Shown: positions 57,296 to 64,000 of the stretch, piece after piece
Layout of the letters: each line of letters starts with the position of its first letter
Numbering within the stretch: the first letter of the stretch is position 1
Position numbers and translations under genes: made by a program
Notes under the pieces: model-generated
The model's database searches: none
What the model was told of the DNA's origin: nothing
Seen by the model: the letters and a program-made list of their open reading frames with translations, nothing else
DNA from: Candidatus Eiseniibacteriota bacterium
GTDB lineage: Bacteria > Orphanbacterota > Orphanbacteria > Orphanbacterales > Orphanbacteraceae
DNA length: 64,000 nt
Direction of reading: 5' to 3'
Assembly: GCA_029262235.1 (NCBI GenBank)
Contig: JAJCZU010000006.1
Span: forward strand, 10,934 to 74,933

Positions 57296-57697
57296 ATGAG
57301 AGTCCGGATTCAGAGTCGTAGTTTTGACGTCACCGATTCGTACGGGCGACATGTGCGGCGGCGTGTCCATCACTCACTCGACAGAGTGCAGCGGCGCATC
57401 GCCGACGTGGAAATCAGGCTGATGGATCTGAACGGCCCGAAAGGGGGAGTCGACAAGCAGTGCAACGTCATTGTCCGGCTCTTGAACGGTCGCAGGGTGA
57501 TCCTTCGTGAAACCGACAGCTGCGCCTGGCGTCTGATCGATGTCGCCACGAATCGCATGAAACGGCTCGTGATGGAACACCTGGAGCTTCGAAGGGGTAG
57601 AAGGGGCCGAAGGAGTCGCGAGAGCATCCGGCACCATGTGCACGATGAGCCGATGGAAGTCCGCTCGATGGAAACCGCGCAGGCGACTAACGAATAG
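57296..57697 (+). CDS. Ribosome hibernation factor-like protein (HPF/RaiA/YfiA family), Arg-rich
   Basis: RBS AAGGAG then ATG 57296; profile M.V.I.SR.F.VTD....HV..R....L.RV...I..V.I.L.......V...C.V.V.L..GR.V...E.D......ID.A..R..R fits the HPF beta-alpha-beta-beta-beta-alpha fold pattern. Confidence 0.5.
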   Translation: MRVRIQSRSFDVTDSYGRHVRRRVHHSLDRVQRRIADVEIRLMDLNGPKGGVDKQCNVIVRLLNGRRVILRETDSCAWRLIDVATNRMKRLVMEHLELRRGRRGRRSRESIRHHVHDEPMEVRSMETAQATNE

Positions 57698-57833
57698 ATA
57701 GGTCGGCCCTTGCGGCCGGCGGTGCGGAAATCAATTGCCCTCCATAAGCAAAGCCCGAGGCCCGGCCGCCCCGGGCTTCCGCATGTCTGGCCAGGGCGGT
57801 TGACGGTTCCCGCGAGCGCGGTAAAATAGCGGC

Positions 57834-59000
57834 ATGCCATTCATCACAACTATGTGCGGGGCCGTAGTATTCGCTATTCTCGCACTTCCCGCCGGTTCGC
57901 ATGCTGTGGCGGACCAGTCGATTCCGTCCCCCGAGCCGGTCCTCGATGCGGAGCCGGCCACGCGCCCTCCCAGCACGCTTCTCGTTTACGGCGCCTGCGA
58001 CAACGACGGCGAACCGCATTTTCTGGGCAAGATCAAGGACATGACGGCCGCTGCGCGCGATTTCGCCGCGAACGAGAAGATCGTCGTCTTCGTCGATCGC
58101 GCCGAGGGGCACTCGGACGAACCGGGCCCGCTGGCCGAGGAATTCACGGGGGCTCGGGTCTATGAAATCGATCGCGACGGCATGCGACGTGTCGGGCACG
58201 ACCTGTTCGCGGAGTGGAACGACGAGCCTGCCACCGGGGATCCGGATGTGTTCGCGCGTTTCGTGCAGTTCGGTCTTGCGCGGGGAGAGGCACCGTACTC
58301 GCTGGCGATCTACGGGCACGGGAACGGTCGACGCTTCGGCTACGACGCGTCCGAAGAGGATAGTGAGGCGAAGTGGATGACCGTGCCGGAGCTCATCGCC
58401 GCGCTCCACAGCGCCGGGGCCGCGCGCTTCGCCGTGCTCGGTTTCGACGTCTGTAACATGGGGCTGCTCGAGAACGCCGCGGCGCTCGCGCCGGTTACGG
58501 AGCGCATGGTCGCTTCCGCTCCTCTCTCGGGTCCATGGCCGTACACTGCCATTCTGAACGCCCGGGAGGCCGGTGACGACGGAAAGGCCCTGCCCCGGTT
58601 CGGCCTTTCATTCGGGAACGTCGCGATCCGTGAGCTCGAAGCGATGTTTCCGGAGCGCATGAATCGCGAGCGCCCCTGGCAGGCGATGCAGTCGTGGGCG
58701 TTGATCGATACGGACGCGGCCGCGCGCGTGTGGGAGAAGCTGCGCGTGCGTGATGAAGCCGCCGCGTTCACGGGCATCGATTACCGGCCGCTCCTTCCCG
58801 GCTACGATCGCACGAAGTATCCATACGCGGATGCGTTCGACCTGGCCGGTGCGTCGAGCGCGTCGAGCGAAGAGACGACGCTGTCTGCGCTCGTGGACGA
58901 AGCCGTGCTCGCGTCATTCGGCGGCGCCTTCTATGAAGGCTTCGAACCCGGTCGCCACGGTCTCGGCGTCAGCGTACCCGATCTCCTCCGTTCGGAGTGA
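57834..59000 (+). CDS. Secreted caspase-fold cysteine peptidase, clostripain (C11)-like
   Basis: Signal peptide MPFITTMCGAVVFAILALPAGSHA; His-Gly and Cys motifs in the order expected for clan CD (LAIYGHGNG ... VLGFDVCNMG). Confidence 0.45.
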   Translation: MPFITTMCGAVVFAILALPAGSHAVADQSIPSPEPVLDAEPATRPPSTLLVYGACDNDGEPHFLGKIKDMTAAARDFAANEKIVVFVDRAEGHSDEPGPLAEEFTGARVYEIDRDGMRRVGHDLFAEWNDEPATGDPDVFARFVQFGLARGEAPYSLAIYGHGNGRRFGYDASEEDSEAKWMTVPELIAALHSAGAARFAVLGFDVCNMGLLENAAALAPVTERMVASAPLSGPWPYTAILNAREAGDDGKALPRFGLSFGNVAIRELEAMFPERMNRERPWQAMQSWALIDTDAAARVWEKLRVRDEAAAFTGIDYRPLLPGYDRTKYPYADAFDLAGASSASSEETTLSALVDEAVLASFGGAFYEGFEPGRHGLGVSVPDLLRSE

Positions 59001-59028
59001 TGAGCGGCGCGCATTGGCCGTCGGTCGG

Positions 59029-61212
59029 TCAATCGTCCCTTCTCAATAGAATGCGCGCGTCCACCGCGACGCAACCCTTCCCTGACGCCAGCACCTTCAC
59101 CGGATTCAAATCCATCTCCGCGATCAGCGGGAACTCGGTCGCGAGCTGCGAGATGCGCGAGAGCAGCTCCTCGAGCGCCGCGACATCCGCGACGGGAGCG
59201 CCGCGATAGCCGGTCAGCATCGGATAGCTGCGGATCGCGCGGACGAGCTCGCGCGCCTCGACATCCGTGAGTGGCAGGCTCCGGAAGCGAACGTCGCGCA
59301 GCAGCTCCACGTGCGTGCCGCCGAGACCGAACATGACGAGGTGGCCGTACGCTTCGTCGCGATTGACGCCCACGATTGCCTCGACGCCGTCGTCGACGAG
59401 TGACTGCACGAGAACGCCGCGCATCGAGTCGGACAGTCCGTGCTTCGCGAGAGACTGCGCGATGCCGTCGAAGGCCGCGCCCGCTTCCTCTTCCGTTCGG
59501 ATGTCGAGTCGTACGCCGCCGACGTCCGTCTTGTGTTCCACGCCGTCTGCGGACGCCTTGAGAACCACGGGGAAACCGATCGCGCGCGCGACCGCGACCG
59601 CTTCGTCATGCGTTGCGGCGAAACGCGCTTCCGGGATCCGGATGCCCGCTGCCGTGAGTACGCGCGCGACCTCGGGGCCGGTCAGCCATGCGCCCTCGGC
59701 GCCTTTCGCCCGCCCGGCCGCGCCTTCGATCACTTCGCGAATCGTGTTCAAATCGAAATGCTCGAACGCGCGAATCTTCCCTTCGGGGCGCGCGAGCCAG
59801 TCGCCGTAGCGCGCTGCGCGCGAGAGGACGCGAATGGCCGACTCGGGGAACGGATACGACGGGATGTTCCCCGCCTGCATCGAGCTGAGCGATTCCGTGA
59901 CACCCTTCGCGCCCATGAAACAGGCGAGCACCGGTTTGTCCGCTCCCTCGGCGCCGCGCACGATCGATTTGCCGATGTCTCCGGTCTCGACGCGAACGGG
60001 GGGGCGCACCGCGATCACGAGCAGCGCGTCGATGCGATTCGAATCGAGCAGGATCCGCGTCGCCTGCTCGAACTGTTCCGGACCGGCCGAAGCGATCATG
60101 TCGACGGGATTCCTGACGCTCGCTTCGTTCGGGAGAACACGGTTCAGACGCTCGCGAATCTCGGGTTCGAGGTCTGGGACCTCGAGCCCCCACGCCTCGC
60201 ATGCGTCGGTCGCGAGAATGCCGGGGCCGCCCGCATTGGTCAGGATGCCGACCTTGTTGCCGCGCGGCGCGGGCTGATGCGCGAGAAACGCGGCCATGTC
60301 GAAGAGTTCATCGACCGTATCGACCCGGATCATGCCCGTCTTCTTCGCGAGCGCCTGAACGCCCACGTCCGTTCCCGCAAGGCTGCCCGTATGACTGCTG
60401 GCCGCCTGCAGTCCGCGACGGCTCCGCCCGCTCTTCACGGTCACGATCGGCTTCGTACGATTGACGCGCATGGCGTTTTCCGTGAAGGTCTTCGGATCGC
60501 CGAACGATTCGAGATAGAGCAGGATCACTTTCGTGCGCGGGTCGTCGCCCCACCAGTGCAGCAGATCGTCGCCCGAGACATCCGCCTTGTTTCCCATCGA
60601 AACGAAGTCGCTGATCCCGATGTTGAGGTCTTTCGCATACTCGAGCATCACGACGCCGAGCGCGCCGCTCTGGCTGCCGACCGCCACCGTTCCGGGCGGA
60701 GGCGAGATCGGGGCGAACGAGCCGTCCATGCGGATGTCGGGGTGGGTCGAGATGACGCCCATGCAGTTCGGCCCGACCATGCGCATGCCGTTTGCGTGCA
60801 CGAGCTCCGTGATCTCGGCTTCCAGCGCCCCCCCGGCGGGGCCCGTCTCCTTGAACCCGGCCGTGATAACCACGACGCCTTTGACCCCGATCGAGGCGCA
60901 CTCTTCGATCACGCCTTTCACGTGCGGCTGCGGCACCGAGATGATCGCCATTTCGACCCCGTCCACGATATCCGACACGCTCTTGTACGCCCGGCACGAA
61001 TGCACGTGCGACGCGCGGTTGTTGACCGGATAGACCGGCCCGTTGAAACCGAAGGCGAGCAGGTTCTTGAAGATCGTGCCGCCGAGCGAGTCGCTGCGCG
61101 TCGAAGCTCCGATCACGGCAATCGAGCGCGGTCGCAGAATGGAGGCAAGGGTTCCGGGATTCGCCGGTCTCTTGTCGGGCACGTGTGTCTCCTTCGACCC
61201 GTGAGGCGTCAT
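59029..61212 (-). CDS. ADP-forming acetyl-CoA synthetase (NDP-forming acyl-CoA synthetase, fused alpha/beta)
   Basis: Start at ATG 61212 (MTPHGSKE...); CoA-binding domain (SIAVIGAS...GPVYPVN...EMAIISVP...GVKGVVVITAGF), succinyl-CoA-ligase-like domain (GPNCMGVI), C-terminal ATP-grasp; no C-terminal GNAT domain. Confidence 0.8.
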   Translation of the reverse strand: MTPHGSKETHVPDKRPANPGTLASILRPRSIAVIGASTRSDSLGGTIFKNLLAFGFNGPVYPVNNRASHVHSCRAYKSVSDIVDGVEMAIISVPQPHVKGVIEECASIGVKGVVVITAGFKETGPAGGALEAEITELVHANGMRMVGPNCMGVISTHPDIRMDGSFAPISPPPGTVAVGSQSGALGVVMLEYAKDLNIGISDFVSMGNKADVSGDDLLHWWGDDPRTKVILLYLESFGDPKTFTENAMRVNRTKPIVTVKSGRSRRGLQAASSHTGSLAGTDVGVQALAKKTGMIRVDTVDELFDMAAFLAHQPAPRGNKVGILTNAGGPGILATDACEAWGLEVPDLEPEIRERLNRVLPNEASVRNPVDMIASAGPEQFEQATRILLDSNRIDALLVIAVRPPVRVETGDIGKSIVRGAEGADKPVLACFMGAKGVTESLSSMQAGNIPSYPFPESAIRVLSRAARYGDWLARPEGKIRAFEHFDLNTIREVIEGAAGRAKGAEGAWLTGPEVARVLTAAGIRIPEARFAATHDEAVAVARAIGFPVVLKASADGVEHKTDVGGVRLDIRTEEEAGAAFDGIAQSLAKHGLSDSMRGVLVQSLVDDGVEAIVGVNRDEAYGHLVMFGLGGTHVELLRDVRFRSLPLTDVEARELVRAIRSYPMLTGYRGAPVADVAALEELLSRISQLATEFPLIAEMDLNPVKVLASGKGCVAVDARILLRRDD

Positions 61213-61307
61213 GAGTTTTGCGAGCGTGACGACCGCTGCGGCCGACGCTTTGAAGCTACACCGTAACGTCTTCGAAACGGGGGAGACCAGTACGGATATC
61301 CGAAGCT

Positions 61308-61880
61308 CTAGCCACCCAGTTCGCGCGCGAGCCACATCTTCGCCATCCGCCAGTCTTCCTGTACGGTGCGCGGAGAGATGGCGAGCACGTGGGCGATCTC
61401 ATCTGTTTTGAGGCCGCCGAAGAAGCGCAGTTCGACAACGCGCAGCATGCGGTCGCTCTCGCCGGCAAGCTTCACGAGAGCGCGTTCGAGCGCCAGCATG
61501 TCGACGTCGTTCGTCTGCTCCGCGATCCGGTCGTCGAATGTAACGCGAACGAGATCGCCACCCCGCTTCTGTGCATTCTTCTTCCGGGCATGTTCGACAA
61601 GAACCTGGCGCATGGCGCGGACGGCGATTCCGAAGAAGTGAGCGCGGTTTCCCCATTCGAGCCGTGAGTCGTCGGCCAGTCTTCCGTACGCCTCGTGAAT
61701 GAGCGCCGTCGGCTGCAGCGTGTGGTTCGGTCGCTCCCGCACCATGAGACCTCCCGCGATCCTGCGAAGCTCCTGATACGCCGCTTCGAAAACACGGCCG
61801 GTCGCCGCCGGCCGATCGACCTCACCGGCCTGCATGGCGAGCAGGATTTCCGTAATCTGCGGGTCGCGCGGTGAGTTCAA
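61308..61880 (-). CDS. ECF-type RNA polymerase sigma factor (Sig70_X6/TIGR02999-like subgroup)
   Basis: N-terminal ITEILLAMQAGEVDRPAATGRVFEAAYQELRRIAGGLMVRERPNHTLQPTALIHEAY typical of that ECF subgroup; sigma-4 HTH (LKTDEIAHVLAISPRTVQEDWRMAKMWL). Confidence 0.8.
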   Translation of the reverse strand: MNSPRDPQITEILLAMQAGEVDRPAATGRVFEAAYQELRRIAGGLMVRERPNHTLQPTALIHEAYGRLADDSRLEWGNRAHFFGIAVRAMRQVLVEHARKKNAQKRGGDLVRVTFDDRIAEQTNDVDMLALERALVKLAGESDRMLRVVELRFFGGLKTDEIAHVLAISPRTVQEDWRMAKMWLARELGG

Positions 61881-62076
61881 GTGATTCCTTTTGATCTATG
61901 GTTGCGTCTCTATTTGTAACGACTTACGCGATTGATATCTACTGGAATCTATCTCGTGTCCACTTTTTTCGCAGGATTTCCGCGCGGAATGCGCATGCAG
62001 GTGTAGACCGATGCGGCGACGTCGGACCGGCCGTCGTTCGCCTCGCATTCGAAAATGTAAGAAGGGGGATGCGAAG

Positions 62077-62649
62077 ATGAAATGGAACACGGGATTGACT
62101 GCTCGGACCCTGATGGTGGCTGCCCTGATCGCGGCGGGAGCGAACGCGAAGCCGCAGGCCATGATCGTGAGCGGGCTGCCCAGCCCGATTCCGGGGGCGC
62201 CGGGAACACTGGTGACGGAGCCGGTCGCGGCGGACGCCGGGGCGGGAAGCCTCGGCCAGATCGTGCTCGAACTCGAGATCGTGCACGAGTCCGTCTGCGA
62301 CCTCGCGCTGACACTGCATTACGACTCGGACAACGACGGGCAGATCGATGCCTCGGTTCCGGTCGTGCTCGCGATCCCGGAGCGGGATGTCGAGACCGGG
62401 AGTCAGGTATGGACGTGCCCGCTCTCGCTGGACGGCGCCTATCGCTTCGAGTTCCCGTCCGAGATGCAGCGGGAGAGTTTCGAAGGGATGCGCGCGGGCG
62501 GTGCCTTTCAACTGGAGGTCGCCGATTGTGGTCCCGGTTCGCGCGGGACTCTCTCGCGCTGGGATATCGAGACCGAGTTGATCCCGAACAGCGACTATGA
62601 GAAAAAACCGAATGTGATCGTCGGAAGCTATTGTGAAATCTGCAACTAG
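62077..62649 (+). CDS. Secreted hypothetical protein with proprotein-convertase P-domain-like region
   Basis: ATG 62077; signal peptide MKWNTGLTARTLMVAALIAAGANA; LELEIVHESVCDLALTLHYDSDNDG resembles the PF01483 core (...I.H...DL.i.L.SP.G). Confidence 0.4.
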   Translation: MKWNTGLTARTLMVAALIAAGANAKPQAMIVSGLPSPIPGAPGTLVTEPVAADAGAGSLGQIVLELEIVHESVCDLALTLHYDSDNDGQIDASVPVVLAIPERDVETGSQVWTCPLSLDGAYRFEFPSEMQRESFEGMRAGGAFQLEVADCGPGSRGTLSRWDIETELIPNSDYEKKPNVIVGSYCEICN

Positions 62650-62740
62650 AACGTGCGAGGTCGGCGGCCGGGCGGAAGCGGTACGTTCCGAAGCGCCTTT
62701 TCCGGGGCCGCGTGCCACACCCTGGAGGATCAGCACTCGA

Positions 62741-63925
62741 TTATTCGTATCGCTCGATCAGCTCGCCCACCCGTTCGTTGAAATTGCCCCTGTTGATGCC
62801 GACCAGCCGGTCGATCGTTTCGAAATAGCGGTCCATTGCGTCTTTGCGGCCACAATTGATCAGCTCAAGCAGCCCCGGCATTCCCTCACGCCTTTCCACT
62901 TCGTCGCAGATCAAGCTGGAGATCGTGGAGAGCGCGGATGCTTCGGGGGCGAGATCGAAGATCTTGCGGTTGTTCTCGAACAGTTCCCGCGCACTCGCGC
63001 CAGGGTTCGCGGCAAGATACTGCGCGAGTGCTTCGACCAGAGCGCGCTGCTCGATCATTTCTCCCGCCGGATCCGTGTAGTACGCGTTCCCCCAGCTGTA
63101 GGCAACGCCCTCTTCCGTGATTCCGTTTCTGTCTTCGCGCCTGTTGATCTTCCCCGAGTAGTAATGAAAGATGTCATGTGAGAAATCTTCGTTGTTCATG
63201 ATCGAAAAGATTACGCCGTCATCCACGCCGTAGCCGTCTCTCGTCATGCCGTTTGATTCCCTGTCGTACTGGAATCCTATGAGGGCCAGTATCTCCTGGT
63301 AGTCGTCACACATGTAGAAGTCCATGGCCTCGGGCGCGACTCCCAGCTTCTCCGCGATCGCCGTGTTTCTGGAATCGAAGTGCGAGGCCCGCGTGCGGTT
63401 GAGCGTGCTGCGAAAGTGGTAAGTTACGCGGCCTACCGTTTCGGATTTCCAGTGCCGCGTCATGTGCTGCAGCGGGATCGCGAACTCCACGGACCCGTCA
63501 TGATCCTGTGCCACGAGGTTCACGATCATCTTGATCGCCGGTGGTGAGGCTGATTCCTCGACCTCCTCTTCTTCGAAGTTCGAATCCGTGATCGCGATCG
63601 TAAGGAAGTATCGATCCGGGGAGAGCGAATAGAAGTTGATCAACTGCCGCCGATCGCCTTCAGGATTTCCCTCGTCAGGCGCCGGCGCCCGCAGGTTGGA
63701 CAGAGAGGACTTCGTGAGCCCGGCATGCTCACGTACCAGAAGTCTGTCAGCAACGCTTCCATTGTCGATCGCCGCGAACAGCTCATCCAGTGCATCCAGC
63801 ACTCTGCTTTCGGTCGCGTCCTCGATCCCGGGATTCAGATAGCCCGGCCTGACGATCGGAGAAGCCTCCGCGCGGAAAAAGAGAATGGTAAGAAGCAGGC
63901 AGACTGTCAGCAGGGCTTTGTACAT
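62741..63925 (-). CDS. Secreted hypothetical protein
   Basis: 394-aa ORF with signal peptide MYKALLTVCLLLTILFFRAEA; no recognisable domain. Confidence 0.5.
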   Translation of the reverse strand: MYKALLTVCLLLTILFFRAEASPIVRPGYLNPGIEDATESRVLDALDELFAAIDNGSVADRLLVREHAGLTKSSLSNLRAPAPDEGNPEGDRRQLINFYSLSPDRYFLTIAITDSNFEEEEVEESASPPAIKMIVNLVAQDHDGSVEFAIPLQHMTRHWKSETVGRVTYHFRSTLNRTRASHFDSRNTAIAEKLGVAPEAMDFYMCDDYQEILALIGFQYDRESNGMTRDGYGVDDGVIFSIMNNEDFSHDIFHYYSGKINRREDRNGITEEGVAYSWGNAYYTDPAGEMIEQRALVEALAQYLAANPGASARELFENNRKIFDLAPEASALSTISSLICDEVERREGMPGLLELINCGRKDAMDRYFETIDRLVGINRGNFNERVGELIERYE

Positions 63926-64000
63926 GGGTTCGTCTCCTGGTTTCGATTCGATGCAGCACCATCAGAGGCAACGCGAGCATGGCACGGCAGCGGAGTGCCG

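Noticed and set aside
1-64000. CRISPR arrays, transposases/IS elements, T9SS machinery genes (porK/L/M/N, sprA, porU/porZ)
   Set aside because: None detected in this window. The only repeats found are the 21-nt coding tandem repeat at 42694 and the 40-bp direct repeats at 53106/53349. T9SS cargo and a PorV-like gene are present, but the secretion machinery must be encoded elsewhere.

Overview
High-GC bacterial chromosomal segment (roughly two-thirds G+C by eye), gene-dense and mostly transcribed on the + strand, with GTGA/ATGA stop-start overlaps. The many long ORFs on the opposite strand of real genes are read as GC-bias artefacts. No CRISPR array, transposase or integrase was found.

Three proteins carry a type IX secretion (T9SS) C-terminal sorting domain, which points to an FCB-group lineage (Gemmatimonadota-like is a guess): a gingipain-like C25 peptidase, a CarboxypepD_reg-like protein, and a ~4,900-aa acidic surface protein.

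Gene content:
- Cell-wall genes: partial ruvX, mltG, and a peptidoglycan-recycling operon (sodium:solute symporter, anmK, SpoIID/LytB, nagZ).
- Two tRNAs (Val-TAC, Asp-GTC), each followed by monocistronic secreted-protein genes.
- Two sulfatase-like (PF00884-type) proteins, one fused to TPR repeats, plus a separate TPR protein.
- A giant T9SS cargo gene flanked by two outer-membrane proteins bearing thrombospondin type-3 (TSP3) calcium-binding repeats; the downstream one is a PorV-like barrel + TSP3 + OmpA fusion.
- A Dna2-like nuclease-helicase translationally coupled to an alkyltransferase-like (Atl) gene through a 21-nt tandem repeat.
- A block of small stress/detox genes (DUF417, PNPOx, DinB-like x2, DUF2277, two SAM methyltransferases, GNAT, crotonase, DUF2237), an RRM protein, a LysE exporter, mazG, nhaR-nhaA, an HPF-like protein, a C11-like peptidase, ADP-forming acetyl-CoA synthetase, an ECF sigma factor, and secreted hypotheticals.

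Best candidates for undescribed biology:
1. A conserved 10-16 aa C-terminal tail (...E-x-S-W-G/S-x-V-K-x-L/I-F-R-stop) on three otherwise unrelated secreted proteins, distinct from the T9SS domain. It may be a new sorting or recognition tag.
2. The giant T9SS cargo plus the PorV-like/TSP3/OmpA fusion. It looks like a dedicated, cell-wall-tethered surface-protein module.
3. The nuclease-helicase/Atl pair with its in-frame tandem repeat.
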